Source of the DNA: Candidatus Terraquivivens ruidianensis
Lineage (GTDB): Archaea; Thermoproteota; Nitrososphaeria_A; Caldarchaeales; Wolframiiraptoraceae
Direction: 5' to 3'
NCBI GenBank assembly: GCA_023267885.1
Contig: JALNLB010000003.1
Span: 12,792 to 76,791 of the forward strand
Length of the DNA stretch: 64,000 nt
Shown: piece after piece, positions 1 to 10,063 of the stretch
Position numbering within the stretch: the first letter of the stretch is position 1
Layout: every line of letters begins with the position of its first letter
The notes under the pieces: generated by a model
Databases searched by the model: none
What the model saw: only the letters and a program-made list of their open reading frames with translations
Told to the model about the DNA's origin: nothing
Made by a program: the position numbers and the translations under genes

Positions 1-917
1 ATGGCTGATGGCTTAAGCTTGAGTATCTCTTGAACGGCTATGCCAGCCTTATGAAGGTCGTCAAAGTTTAGGAGTACCAGCCCTGTGTGCTTAGGCTTAT
101 TAATGACCCCCAGCTTAGCTGATACTATTATACCGAGCGTGCCCTCAGACGCGGCGAAAAGCCTCCCTAAATCTATGAAACCATCGTCGAATGCCTTGTC
201 AACTCTGTAGCCGGCGGAGTTCTTGCTAAGCCTCGGGAACCTGTTGCGTATCAGTTCACCATATTTTTCCATTAGCTTCCTTAACCCTTCGTATATTCTG
301 GCCTCGTGCGTATTCTTTGAGACGAGCTCTTTCCACTCGTCAGAATTTGGCTTAAGCCTTTTACACCTTATTATCTCACCCGAGCTCAAAACGACCTCAA
401 GGGATAGTATGTAATCGATGGTGGTACCGTACTTTACTGTGTGAGAGCCAGCAGCATTCGTTGAGATCATCCCGCCGATCGTGCAAAAGTCGGAGCTCGA
501 AGGGTCCGGCGGAAACACCTTACCATATTCCGCAAGGGCCTTATCGAGTACAGATTTGTAAATGCCCGGCTCTACGACTACGTAGTTTTCGTCGGGATTT
601 ATCTCCAAAATCCTATTCATGTACTTAGAAAAGTCGATAATTATTCCCTCTCCAACGGATTGGCCCAGAAGGCTACTGCCACCACCCCTTGCGGTCAAAG
701 TTATTCCGTTCTCAGAAGCGTACTTTACGACCTCCACGACGTCATCTTTTGACCTCGGAAGCACGACGCAAAGAGGCATTATGAAGTATGCGCTGGCATC
801 CGACGCATAGAGCGCTCTTTGCCAAGCCTCGGACAGCACGTCGCCAGATATCCGCTCCCGTAAGTCTGAAGCGACCTTTTCAGGTGTCTTGGTCAACATT
901 TTATCCGATTTAGACAT
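1..917 (-). CDS. FAD-linked oxidase (GlcD/D-lactate dehydrogenase-like), truncated by the window edge. The N-terminus begins at an ATG complementary to 915-917.
   Basis: I translated the minus strand by hand: MSKSDKMLTKTPEKV...GITLTARGGGSSLLGQSVG...IGGMISTNAAGS. This is the FAD-binding PCMH-type motif region. The frame stays open to position 1 and there is a TATA-like tttaaata about 20 nt upstream. Confidence 0.7.
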   Translation of the reverse strand, partial: MSKSDKMLTKTPEKVASDLRERISGDVLSEAWQRALYASDASAYFIMPLCVVLPRSKDDVVEVVKYASENGITLTARGGGSSLLGQSVGEGIIIDFSKYMNRILEINPDENYVVVEPGIYKSVLDKALAEYGKVFPPDPSSSDFCTIGGMISTNAAGSHTVKYGTTIDYILSLEVVLSSGEIIRCKRLKPNSDEWKELVSKNTHEARIYEGLRKLMEKYGELIRNRFPRLSKNSAGYRVDKAFDDGFIDLGRLFAASEGTLGIIVSAKLGVINKPKHTGLVLLNFDDLHKAGIAVQEILKLKPSA

Positions 918-1039
918 CACAACGGTCTCTATTTAAACTGGAGTTCCTAAGAAATACATGTAATGATTCTTACAATAATCTATACTCGTCTTATACTGCT
1001 TAAAGCTAGTGAACTCAAGGACGTAATATCGACAAGTGT

Positions 1040-2173
1040 TTACCTTCTTGTTTTTTCGGCGACCTTTATAGCTATGCCCTCAGCCATCTCCGCTGTAGTG
1101 GTCTGTCCTCCCATGTCATATGTCCTTAACCTTCCCTCGAGTATCGCTTCCGCTACGGCATCCTCTATGACCTTCGCAACCTCAACCTCGCCGAGCCACT
1201 CTACCATCATCTTGCCAGCCATTATCGCCGCTATTGGATTAGCCTTGTTTTTGCCAGCATGCTTTGGCGCAGAGCCGTGGACGGGCTCGAAGACCGCATA
1301 ATTGTCACCTATGTTGCCACTGTACGCGAATCCGAGACCTCCGACGAGTTGCGCCGCCAAATCTGAAAGTATGTCGCCGAACATGTTCTCGGCTACTATC
1401 ACGTCATGGTCGAGCGGATTCTTCAGCATCCACATACACATGGCATCCACGTTCGCCTCCCTATACTCTATATCTGGATACTCGCGTGCTATCTTTCTGG
1501 CAACGTTCAGCATCAGCCCGCCCGTCTCCCTTAACACATTCGGTTTATCGACGACCGTGACCGACCTCCTCTTGTACTTTCTCGTATACTCGAAAGCAGC
1601 TCTAACGATCCTCTCACAGGCCTGCCTCGTCATAACCCGGAGAGAAACCGCCACGTTTTCAAGGCCAAACTTTTCAAATTCCTTCATCCTATTGTTCTCG
1701 CATAGTGCGTCGAACACGTTTCTACTCAGCGGGTAGAACTCGACGCCTGCGTAAAGCCCCTCGGTGTTCTCTCTGAATATCACGATGTCTATGCCATCTC
1801 TATAGTTGAGGGGATTCCCTGGAAATGCTTTACATGGTCGCACGCACGCATAAAGGTCCAGCTCCTGCCTCAGTCGAACGATTGGGCTGTAGTACGTGAA
1901 GCCCTTTCCCCGAAGCTCTGGTGCGAGCTCCCTTTCAGCATCTTCCTTGGGCTTCGAGGTTATAGCGCCGAAGAGCGCGCAATCCGTCTCCCTTATAATT
2001 TTGAGCGTTCTGTCAGGTAGAGGGTTTCCTTCTTTGCACCAAAATTCCCAGCCTATATCGCCATGTATGTATTCTGCATCGAAGTTTGCCGCCTCCAAGA
2101 CCGTGAGCGCTGCCCTTATCACTTCGACACCTATCCCATCACCCGGTAGCACAGCAATCTTGTACTTTACCAT
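1040..2173 (-). CDS. Isocitrate / 3-isopropylmalate / homoisocitrate dehydrogenase family protein
   Basis: 377 aa. It has the IDH/IPMDH family signature ([26 protein letters not shown]). Confidence 0.85.
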   Translation of the reverse strand: MVKYKIAVLPGDGIGVEVIRAALTVLEAANFDAEYIHGDIGWEFWCKEGNPLPDRTLKIIRETDCALFGAITSKPKEDAERELAPELRGKGFTYYSPIVRLRQELDLYACVRPCKAFPGNPLNYRDGIDIVIFRENTEGLYAGVEFYPLSRNVFDALCENNRMKEFEKFGLENVAVSLRVMTRQACERIVRAAFEYTRKYKRRSVTVVDKPNVLRETGGLMLNVARKIAREYPDIEYREANVDAMCMWMLKNPLDHDVIVAENMFGDILSDLAAQLVGGLGFAYSGNIGDNYAVFEPVHGSAPKHAGKNKANPIAAIMAGKMMVEWLGEVEVAKVIEDAVAEAILEGRLRTYDMGGQTTTAEMAEGIAIKVAEKTRR

Positions 2174-2284
2174 GGGATTACGGCGTAAACCTCAGTTTTA
2201 AAACGTTTTCTATCCACGACTCTTCTGTTGACTTTAAAGTAAAAATTGCAGCTTTAGGCGATGCTTGTCATGTCGATATGCTAG

Positions 2285-2635
2285 TTAAGAGCCGCCGAGC
2301 AATAACTTCTGCTGCTTCTTGAATTCTTCTAAGACTATTTTTTTGACGAGGTCGCAGGCCTCAACGACTTTTGGGTTCGCTATCCTATAGTAGACGTTTG
2401 GCCCTTCTCGCCTTGTCTCGACTATACCTACATCACGGAGAATTGCGAGATGCTGAGAGAGATTTGCTTGAGCGACTCCGACTTCTTCGATCAATTCATT
2501 CACCGTCTTTTCACCTAATTTCAGCAGGTCAAGTACGTGAAGCCTCGTCGGATGGGCCATGGCTTTACAAAACTTTGCATGGACCTCGTAGAATGTTTTA
2601 CTGGCTTTGACCTCCGTATTCTGTTTCTGCCTCAT
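2285..2635 (-). CDS. ArsR/SmtB-family HTH transcriptional regulator with two Cys (possibly persulfide-sensing, SqrR/BigR-like)
   Basis: HTH region PTRLHVLDLL...TVNELIEEVGVAQANLSQHLAILRDVGIV. Cys residues sit at about 23 and about 93. It directly precedes the SQR-tusA-dsrE genes on the same strand. Confidence 0.8.
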   Translation of the reverse strand: MRQKQNTEVKASKTFYEVHAKFCKAMAHPTRLHVLDLLKLGEKTVNELIEEVGVAQANLSQHLAILRDVGIVETRREGPNVYYRIANPKVVEACDLVKKIVLEEFKKQQKLLLGGS

Positions 2636-3766
2636 TTAAGCCCATCCTTTCAAGACTGCACTCCAATATAGCTTTCCAACCAGCATCTTCGCATAATACC
2701 ACTTTCTGCTCAGCTTCGTCGGCTTTGGCGGGTTTTCGTAGTCGAAGACCATTGTTATGCCCTTCTTGAACCCTGCGTCGCAGAAGCATCGAACTTTACC
2801 ATCATAACGCCTTATTGTATCACTTCCCTTTATATCTGCCGCGATGTTTTCTGCCACGACCTTTGCTTCATAGTGGGCCGTGGCGCCCGCTTTCGATATC
2901 GGTATATCTGTAGCATCTCCGACAACATGAATATCATCGTAACCCTTTGCTCTGAGTGTATGCTTATCTGTCGGTATCCAGCCTCCCCTATTGCCCAGGC
3001 CCGAATCTTCTATTACTTTAGCGCCCCTATGGGGTGGGACAATTATCAGCAGGTCGTACTTTAGCGATTCACCCTCCAGCGAATGAACGAGCCTCTTCTC
3101 CGGCTCTATACGCTCTACGTTGAAAAGCTGTGTGTATTGGATGTCCTTTTTCTCCATAATCTCTTGGACTAGGGGTGCTACGGACTCCAGAGGGAAAACC
3201 CTCGGTAGAGGCGATAGGTAGTGGATCTCTATTTTGTGTCTAGAACCACGTTTCGTGAAGTAGTAATCGAGCTGACAGGCAGACTCCGCCGGTGCAGGTG
3301 GACATTTGTAGGGTATGCCGCCTATGCCAATCACAACCCTGCCGCCCGGAAAGCTATCGAGCGCCCTCCTCAGCCTTACTGAGGCATCAAGGTCGTAAAA
3401 GTGATGCGCGGCCTCGAAACCCGGCAACTCTTCAGGACACAACCTAGCACCTGTGGCCACGACCAAGTAATCGTAGCCCAAGATTCTGCCGGACTTTAAA
3501 CGGACTTTTCTATCGTCGGGCTTTATTAACGTAGCCTCGTCGATGATTAAGTCAACACGCCTATCGAGTAAGCGCCGTTCATCTCTGATCAAGTTCTCTG
3601 GCTTCTCGTCACCGAAGGCGACATAGATAAAACCCGGCTGGTAAACGTGTTTTCCTGTTGCGTCGACAAGCGTTATATTCACTTCGCTCGGAGAGACTTT
3701 TCTTGCTAGGACATTCGCTACTATCGTGCCACCTACTCCGCCGCCGAGTATCAGGACTTTCTTCAT
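2636..3766 (-). CDS. FAD-dependent pyridine nucleotide-disulfide oxidoreductase, sulfide:quinone oxidoreductase-like
   Basis: N-terminal GGGVGG Rossmann motif, 376 aa, and membership of the SQR/NDH-II family. Its neighbours are TusA and DsrE. Confidence 0.65.
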   Translation of the reverse strand: MKKVLILGGGVGGTIVANVLARKVSPSEVNITLVDATGKHVYQPGFIYVAFGDEKPENLIRDERRLLDRRVDLIIDEATLIKPDDRKVRLKSGRILGYDYLVVATGARLCPEELPGFEAAHHFYDLDASVRLRRALDSFPGGRVVIGIGGIPYKCPPAPAESACQLDYYFTKRGSRHKIEIHYLSPLPRVFPLESVAPLVQEIMEKKDIQYTQLFNVERIEPEKRLVHSLEGESLKYDLLIIVPPHRGAKVIEDSGLGNRGGWIPTDKHTLRAKGYDDIHVVGDATDIPISKAGATAHYEAKVVAENIAADIKGSDTIRRYDGKVRCFCDAGFKKGITMVFDYENPPKPTKLSRKWYYAKMLVGKLYWSAVLKGWA

Positions 3767-3768
3767 GG

Positions 3769-4011
3769 CTAACGTTTCTTCCGAACGATAAACTCTGCAT
3801 AGCCGTTACGGTCGAAAACCCCGATCAGCTCATGGCCAGCCTTCTCGACCCAGAGAGGTATATCACGCTTTGAGCCGCTGTCGGAAGAGTAAACACTGAC
3901 AACCTCGCCGACCTTAGCCTCCCTGATTGCCTTAATCAGCTCCATCAGAGGTCCTGGGCAGAAACTTCCTCTAGCATCGATTACCCTATCGACCTTAACG
4001 TCTTGGCTCAT
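3769..4011 (-). CDS. tusA: TusA-like sulfurtransferase
   Basis: 80 aa with the CPGP (CPxP) motif in ...[11 protein letters not shown]... Confidence 0.85.
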   Translation of the reverse strand: MSQDVKVDRVIDARGSFCPGPLMELIKAIREAKVGEVVSVYSSDSGSKRDIPLWVEKAGHELIGVFDRNGYAEFIVRKKR

Positions 4012-4029
4012 GCCGTTTCATCCCTCATC

Positions 4030-4458
4030 TTATATGAACAACGTTATCTTAGCATCCTTTGCTATATCGATGAACTCACCAACAGCTACGACATCGTCAA
4101 CGAAGTCCGCAAGGTCTTCTTTCTTCATCCCCATAAGGTCAAAGGTCATGGCGCATGCGTGCACCCTTACTTTTCCCAGCTCCTTTGCTTTCTTAAGTAT
4201 CTCGTACCATGGCTGGACGTTCTTCTGCTTCATCAGCTGCATCATGGCCTGGCCCATATCCTCAAAGTCCTTCGAGATTTTCATATTGGTGGTCAGCATA
4301 TCTTTCCTTAGCGCGTTTAAACCCCAGAAAGTCGCAAAGATGTCAACTTCCATACCCATCGCGACGGCACCGGAGGCGATTATGCTGACTGGGTAGAGCT
4401 TATCGACAGTTCCCGAGAAGAGCACTATGGCAAGTTTCTCTACCATCCAACTCACCAC
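4030..4458 (-). CDS. dsrE: DsrE/DsrF-like sulfur relay protein
   Basis: About 140 aa with the DsrE fold pattern IVLFSG...HACAMT. It lies in an operon with tusA. Confidence 0.75.
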   Translation of the reverse strand: MVSWMVEKLAIVLFSGTVDKLYPVSIIASGAVAMGMEVDIFATFWGLNALRKDMLTTNMKISKDFEDMGQAMMQLMKQKNVQPWYEILKKAKELGKVRVHACAMTFDLMGMKKEDLADFVDDVVAVGEFIDIAKDAKITLFI

Positions 4459-4529
4459 CTTAGTATATTCGAATATTATTATAATATATAAACCTTAACT
4501 CACTACATTGGGTTAAGGTATAACCCTGT

Positions 4530-4892
4530 TTATTGGAATACGTATCCGCAGAATGGACAGATGGTTGAACCCTGCTCGACTAGATGGTGGCAGCTCGGAC
4601 AGTGAAACGAAACAACTCTGTGTGGTTTTTCTGCAGGCTGCTTGACCTCCGGGAGTGGGTAGGGTATGGCTATCAACGTCTCTGTATGTATAACGTTTGG
4701 ATGCTTCTCGACAACCTCATATATGGTTTTTGATAGCTCCTCGAAATCTTTTGCGGCTAACACTAGGACAGCATCGTACCTGCCGAACACACTATGGGCC
4801 ATCTTAACGCCCTTGATCTTCCTAGAGGCTATGAGCTCATGCGATGTACCAGGAACAGTCCTGACCAAGACGAACGCTATAACGGGCATCAT
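4530..4892 (-). CDS. Stand-alone Lrp/AsnC ligand-binding (RAM) domain protein with a C-terminal Zn-ribbon
   Basis: RAM-like core (VLVRTVPGT...VFGRYDAVLVL) plus CPSCHH...CPFCG at the C-terminus. Confidence 0.6.
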   Translation of the reverse strand: MMPVIAFVLVRTVPGTSHELIASRKIKGVKMAHSVFGRYDAVLVLAAKDFEELSKTIYEVVEKHPNVIHTETLIAIPYPLPEVKQPAEKPHRVVSFHCPSCHHLVEQGSTICPFCGYVFQ

Positions 4893-5143
4893 TTCTCACT
4901 TTTGGAGCCAGTAAGCACTATAGCAGTCTCTGTATGAATCACGTTAGGAACCTTCTCGATTACCTTATAAACAACCTCACTCAATTTTTCTAAGCTCGGT
5001 ACTTCAACCACGACTATTGCATCAAACCTTCCAAAGACCGAGTCAGCTTGGACAACACCTTCGAGGCTGCCAACCTCTTTTATGTATTTCAGAACCTCCA
5101 TGGACGTGCCCGGCTTTGTCGTGAGCATCACATAAGCCCTCAA
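4889..5143 (-). CDS. Stand-alone Lrp/AsnC ligand-binding (RAM) domain protein
   Basis: 84 aa paralog of the downstream gene (VMLTTKPGT...VFGRFDAIVVV). It overlaps the next gene by 4 nt. Confidence 0.6.
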   Translation of the reverse strand: MRAYVMLTTKPGTSMEVLKYIKEVGSLEGVVQADSVFGRFDAIVVVEVPSLEKLSEVVYKVIEKVPNVIHTETAIVLTGSKSEK

Positions 5144-5207
5144 AACTTTTCACGACTAACCTTAAGCACAAAGTAGTATTTATGCGCTTTCTAGGTCTCG
5201 GTAAAAA

Positions 5208-5215
5208 TTATAAAT
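5208..5215 (+). promoter_or_regulatory. Candidate TATA box for the atpH-like/atpC transcript
   Basis: ttataaat lies about 29 nt upstream of the ATG at 5244. Confidence 0.35.
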
Positions 5216-5243
5216 CCCACAATCACCACTAAGTTGGCTTGAG

Positions 5244-5591
5244 ATGGCACTCGTGGACAAGGAAGGGTTCGAGAGCATCATCTCCCTGTTGGTAAACGTC
5301 GATAAAGAGCTGGACGAGTTGAGGGCATATGCCGAGAAGGCTAGGAGGGAAATCTTAGAGTTGGCCAAGAACGAAGTGGCCGTTGCTAAAGAGGAAGCGC
5401 TGAAGAGGGTGAGGACAGTAGCTGAGGAAATTATAAAACATGCCCAAGAAGAAGCCAAGGTTGAGGCGGAGAGAATAATAAAGAAGAATAAGGAGCTCTT
5501 GATGAAGCTAAAGGCAAATATGGAAGTTAGGCTTAGCGAGGCGATTCAGTTCACGATGGATGTGTTGCTGGGAAAGAAGGAAATAACATGA
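5244..5591 (+). CDS. atpH: A-type ATP synthase peripheral-stalk subunit (H/G-like coiled-coil protein)
   Basis: 115 aa, charged coiled coil (EEAKVEAERIIKKNKELL). It is translationally coupled (ATGA) to the subunit C gene. Confidence 0.5.
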   Translation: MALVDKEGFESIISLLVNVDKELDELRAYAEKARREILELAKNEVAVAKEEALKRVRTVAEEIIKHAQEEAKVEAERIIKKNKELLMKLKANMEVRLSEAIQFTMDVLLGKKEIT

Positions 5592-6637
5592 TGCTTCGAG
5601 ATTTGGGATACGTCGTAGGGAAGAGTTATGGCCTAAAGGGCAAATTGCTCCCGTACGCTACGCTGGAGGAGTTAGCCGGCTCCAAAAACCTCGAGGAGCT
5701 GGTCGAGAAGCTAAGGCCGACAGATTATGGTCCGTACGTATCTGGTCTCCCAAGACCGTTGAAGCCCACGAATATAGAGTTAGCGCTAAGAAGACACTTA
5801 GTCGAGGTTCACTTCGACCTAGCCATGAAATCAGAGAATGCTGGCATAATCCAGGCCTACTACATGAAATACTTGGCATCGAACCTCAAGACCATTCTAA
5901 AAGGCAAGGCCTTGGGCAAGGGCCACGAGGAGCTTTTGGAATTCGTTGACCTTAGGGCCGAGGAGCTAGTAAGAAGGAGGGATATGGTGGTAAGGGCTAT
6001 GGCAGCAAAGGACCTGGCAGAGGCCGTAAGATCATTGTCCGGAACGAAGTTTGGCGATGTGGCGGGCATGGCTATGGATCTTTACGAGAAAGAGAAGGAT
6101 CTAGTCGTCTTCGACGTAGCCATGGATAAGGCGTACTTCTCGGAGGTTCTGGGGGAGTTCAACAAGCTACGTTTCACGGAGCGTAAGAGGATCAGGCAGA
6201 TGGTGGCCGCCGACATAGACGGCTACACGGTATTGGCGATTATGAGGTCTAAATTGTGGAGGCTTACCGTCGCTGAGGCCAGACGCTTCTTGCTGGACAA
6301 AGCGATAAACATTCCGAGAGAAATTGTTGATATGATGCTCGAGGCCGAGAACGTGTCAGACATCCTATATATTTTAAAGGAAACTCCCTACAAAACCATG
6401 CTGCCTGAGCCGTCAGCACAGGATGCCGCCACGATAAGGTTACTCGAGGAAGCCTTCGAGAGGTTAGCCTTGAAGAAAGCATCGGATGCATTTTTGAGGG
6501 ATATATTCAGCGTCAGCATTCCCCTCGCACTCATTAGGCTCAAAGAGCTTGAAATAAGGAACGTGTCTATCATAACCGCGGGCGTCGATGGAGAGCTTGG
6601 CACCTCTAGAATACTTCAGAGGGTCGTGAAGCTTTAG
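5588..6637 (+). CDS. atpC: A-type ATP synthase subunit C (V0 d homolog)
   Basis: 349 aa alpha-helical protein in an operon with the stalk subunit. Its size and position fit AtpC. Confidence 0.6.
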   Translation: MMLRDLGYVVGKSYGLKGKLLPYATLEELAGSKNLEELVEKLRPTDYGPYVSGLPRPLKPTNIELALRRHLVEVHFDLAMKSENAGIIQAYYMKYLASNLKTILKGKALGKGHEELLEFVDLRAEELVRRRDMVVRAMAAKDLAEAVRSLSGTKFGDVAGMAMDLYEKEKDLVVFDVAMDKAYFSEVLGEFNKLRFTERKRIRQMVAADIDGYTVLAIMRSKLWRLTVAEARRFLLDKAINIPREIVDMMLEAENVSDILYILKETPYKTMLPEPSAQDAATIRLLEEAFERLALKKASDAFLRDIFSVSIPLALIRLKELEIRNVSIITAGVDGELGTSRILQRVVKL

Positions 6638-6918
6638 TAGAGTATTCTGAAGTCTTTAAACTCGCCCTTGTATTCATCCCACATAACATCTACCTTCTCT
6701 ACGATAGCATCCGGAGGTCCTTTGCGACACCACTCTATCATGGAAATGACTGCCTCCCTTTCGCCCTCGAAGACCGCCTCGACCCTGCCGTCAGGAATGT
6801 TCCTGACCCAGCCTTTCACGCCCAGCCTATCTGCCATCCTCTTTGTGTTGGACCTAAAGAATACGCCCTGTACGAGGCCGCTCACATATACATGGGCTCT
6901 GGCCTTCATACCGCTCAA
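6634..6918 (-). CDS. acyP: Acylphosphatase
   Basis: VQGVFFR and GWVRNxxDGRV motifs. Confidence 0.9.
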   Translation of the reverse strand: MSGMKARAHVYVSGLVQGVFFRSNTKRMADRLGVKGWVRNIPDGRVEAVFEGEREAVISMIEWCRKGPPDAIVEKVDVMWDEYKGEFKDFRILY

Positions 6919-6920
6919 CC

Positions 6921-7745
6921 TTAAACATCATGTTCAACTATACATCCGTAAGCAGCCGGAACCCTTCTGGATAGCCTGTCGAACCTAGACTCAACTATGC
7001 TGAGCAGGTCTATGTCACACGTGACTACCGTTGGCCCAGGCTGTGCTTGAGTTAAAACGACTGGATGGACGAACTTCTTGGTACCTTCCACCGGCATGCA
7101 AACGAAGGAACCCCCTGGATGAGCATGATCGGATACATTTACAGCTACGATGGGCGTCCTATTCTCAAGACATCTTGCCTTTACGTATAGGTGCCAAGGC
7201 TCTATGGCCTCTTCTACTATCCTTGAGGGATTGAATATTAGCTCCGCACCCCTCAGGGTTAAGCACCGGGCAGACTCTGGAAATGCAACGTCGTAGCATA
7301 CCATGATGCCGAGTTTGATGCCGTTAACCTCGAAGACCTCGAAATTTGTGCCGGGCTTAAAGAACCTCTTCTCATCCCTGAACAGGTGAACCTTCTTCTG
7401 CTTTCCCACCACGCTACCGTCTGGGGCTATCACGTATGCCGATACAAACATGTCATTCTTGTCCTCCTCGTATATTGCTCCAGGAATTATCGTTACGTTC
7501 AGTTCTTTAGCAAGCCGTGAGAACGTAGACAGGACATATTCAACAGAATTAACCACTTCGTCTATATACGGGAGAGGCTCTTTATGCAACCACATCTCAG
7601 GTAGGCAAACGATTTCCGCTCCGGCCTTTGCCGCAGCCCTTACGAGCGACTCTGCCTTTACTACGTTTTCTTTTATGCTTTCACCAAGCTCTATTTGGAT
7701 GGCAGCAACCCTCACGTTCTGTCTCAATCTGCCTCCATATAACAA
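6921..7745 (-). CDS. Carbon-nitrogen hydrolase (nitrilase superfamily)
   Basis: 274 aa with the E-K-C triad context (VCYDVAFPE). Confidence 0.8.
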   Translation of the reverse strand: MLYGGRLRQNVRVAAIQIELGESIKENVVKAESLVRAAAKAGAEIVCLPEMWLHKEPLPYIDEVVNSVEYVLSTFSRLAKELNVTIIPGAIYEEDKNDMFVSAYVIAPDGSVVGKQKKVHLFRDEKRFFKPGTNFEVFEVNGIKLGIMVCYDVAFPESARCLTLRGAELIFNPSRIVEEAIEPWHLYVKARCLENRTPIVAVNVSDHAHPGGSFVCMPVEGTKKFVHPVVLTQAQPGPTVVTCDIDLLSIVESRFDRLSRRVPAAYGCIVEHDV

Positions 7746-7816
7746 AGAGCTTTTTCTTAATTAATCATTATAAGCATTCTTTTAAATATGCCTTTGGGAT
7801 AAAGGTATGTCATAGC

Positions 7817-8806
7817 ATGGACAAGAAAGTCTTGATAACGGAACCTACTCCGTTTATCGAGGAAGAGTGGAAAATCCTTGAGAGGTATGCGAGCGTTAGG
7901 TTAGCGAAAGGTACAACGGAGGACGATTTGCTTGCTGAGGCAAAGGATGTGGACACGATATTGGTTGTCTACGCGAAAATCACGAGGAGAGTAATAGAAT
8001 CTGCACAACGTCTGAAAGGAATCGTGAGATATGGTATAGGCGTGGATAACGTGGATATACAGGCAGCAACGGAGAGAGGAATATACGTGGCCAACGTGCC
8101 GGATTACTGCGTAGGAACGGTTGCGGAGCATACGTTCGCACTACTCCTCGCATTAGCCAGAAGGATTATCTTAGCCGACTATACAGTCAAGAGCGCCAGT
8201 TGGAAGATTTGGACACAACAACCGATTGAGCTCATGGGCACAGACATTGAAGGTAAGGTATTGGGTCTGATAGGTATGGGTAACATAGGGAGAACCGTCG
8301 CTATTAAGGCTAAAGCTTTCGGCATGAGGGTTATGGCATACGACCCATACCTCGAAAAATACAGGGCAAGGTTGCTGGACGTGGAGCTCGTCGACTTGGA
8401 CACTTTGCTGAAGAACTCTGACTTCGTGTCGATTCACGTACCGTTGACATCGGAGACGCGAGGAATGATAGGTGAGAATGAATTGAAGAAGATGAAGAGG
8501 ACCGCATACCTAATTAACACGTCTAGGGGGCCGATCGTGAACGAGAGAGCGCTTTACGAAGCGCTAAAGGGTGGATGGATAGCCGGTGCAGCGCTCGACG
8601 TCTACGAGAAGGAGCCGCCGGACCGAGACAACCCGCTCTTCAAGCTCGATAACGTCGTCCTGACGCCCCACGTGGCATGGTATACGGAGGAGGCTCTAAA
8701 GCGGCTTAAGAGGTCCGTGGCCGAGGAGGCAATAAGAATGCTTAACGGTATGCCGCCTAAGAACCTCGTGAACAAAGACGTCCTTTTAGGTAAGAAAACA
8801 ATGTAA
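7817..8806 (+). CDS. D-isomer-specific 2-hydroxyacid dehydrogenase (phosphoglycerate dehydrogenase-like)
   Basis: GxGxIG NAD site (GLIGMGNIGRTVA). I moved the start to the ATG at 7817 (MDKKVLIT), because the track ORF starts 63 codons earlier inside the upstream gene. Confidence 0.8.
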   Translation: MDKKVLITEPTPFIEEEWKILERYASVRLAKGTTEDDLLAEAKDVDTILVVYAKITRRVIESAQRLKGIVRYGIGVDNVDIQAATERGIYVANVPDYCVGTVAEHTFALLLALARRIILADYTVKSASWKIWTQQPIELMGTDIEGKVLGLIGMGNIGRTVAIKAKAFGMRVMAYDPYLEKYRARLLDVELVDLDTLLKNSDFVSIHVPLTSETRGMIGENELKKMKRTAYLINTSRGPIVNERALYEALKGGWIAGAALDVYEKEPPDRDNPLFKLDNVVLTPHVAWYTEEALKRLKRSVAEEAIRMLNGMPPKNLVNKDVLLGKKTM

Positions 8807-8841
8807 AGATAGCGCTCCGAGACCCATAGTGGCGGTACACG

Positions 8842-10014
8842 ATGCAAAACTACGATTACGACCTCGTAGTCGTGGGTGCAGGGCCTGCCGGGCTTCTCAC
8901 GGCCAGGGAAGCCGCTGGCATGGGTTGTAGGGTACTCGTCCTTGAGGAGCATGAGGAGATAGGAAAGCCCGAGAGGTGCGCTGGCCTCTTCAGTATGTCC
9001 GGCCTTAAGGCGCTTGGTATACCTTTGTCTCAATCATACGTTCAGAACGTCGTCAGGGGTGCAGTATTCTTCTCGCCTTCTGGAAAGGCATTCGTTCTGG
9101 ATGCAAAGAGACCCGTAGCCGTCGTCTCGAATCGTGAGATGTTCGACAAATTCTTGGCACAGCAAGTAGCGCTTAATGGTGCAGAGATAGTTACTGGTGA
9201 AATGATTGTTAGAATAATTCCGGACGAAGATGTACCATCCGTCAAGACTTCTAGTTCCTCAATTTCGGCCAGAATGGTCGTTGATGCGGAAGGTCGGTCT
9301 GGATTCTTGGCAAGGCAAGTATGGAAAGATTGGAGACCTAAAGGCTGGATACCGATAATTCAGGCGGTCGTGGAAAACCATCGATTGGATAGGGACTTCG
9401 TTTATCTGTACTTCAAGGAGTACCTCAGGGACTTCTTTGCGTACTTGATTCCAATAGACAGCGAGCTGGGAAAGCTGGGCGTTGCGGCAAGAAAGGATAC
9501 GAGGAAGTTGTTCTTTCACTTCTTGCAAGAAGAGTTCGGACACGTTAAAACTCTGCTGACGACATCGGCATCCATATACACCGGTCCACCACTTGAACTT
9601 CGCCAGAGCGGTAGAGTGCTGGCCGTCGGAGATGTGGTTGGTCACGTGAAGGCTACGACTGGTGGTGGAGTAGTGTACGGCGGTCTTTGTGCCATAGAAA
9701 CAGGAAGGTACGTCGCAAACTTTCTCTTGAACGGGACAGGTATCCGTGAGTATCAGGAAAGGATGAGCAGAATATACGAACAATTGAAGTCCATACATAA
9801 GCTGCGCGTCCTTATCTCCCATATCCCGCCGAAATTCTATGACTCCCTATTCAAGGCAGCCAGCGACGTACATCTAGATATGTGGTTAAGCACTGAAGGA
9901 GACATGGATAGGCACGGCGATACGGTAAAGGCCATGCTCAAGTCAGGCATGGCGCTGAAGCTTTTTATGAGGACAAATTTCCAAGTACTGAAGGATGCTC
10001 TAAGCATTCCCTAG
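8842..10014 (+). CDS. Geranylgeranyl reductase family FAD-dependent oxidoreductase
   Basis: DLVVVGAGPAG FAD motif, 390 aa. Confidence 0.8.
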   Translation: MQNYDYDLVVVGAGPAGLLTAREAAGMGCRVLVLEEHEEIGKPERCAGLFSMSGLKALGIPLSQSYVQNVVRGAVFFSPSGKAFVLDAKRPVAVVSNREMFDKFLAQQVALNGAEIVTGEMIVRIIPDEDVPSVKTSSSSISARMVVDAEGRSGFLARQVWKDWRPKGWIPIIQAVVENHRLDRDFVYLYFKEYLRDFFAYLIPIDSELGKLGVAARKDTRKLFFHFLQEEFGHVKTLLTTSASIYTGPPLELRQSGRVLAVGDVVGHVKATTGGGVVYGGLCAIETGRYVANFLLNGTGIREYQERMSRIYEQLKSIHKLRVLISHIPPKFYDSLFKAASDVHLDMWLSTEGDMDRHGDTVKAMLKSGMALKLFMRTNFQVLKDALSIP

Positions 10015-10063
10015 GCGACGAGCTCATACTTTTATAGCAGTTGAGCTTCCGTCATAAGCTGAA

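Noticed and set aside
963-1736. + strand ORFs (112, 98 and 144 aa) across 963-1736
   Set aside because: They are antisense to the IDH/IPMDH-family gene, with low-complexity translations.
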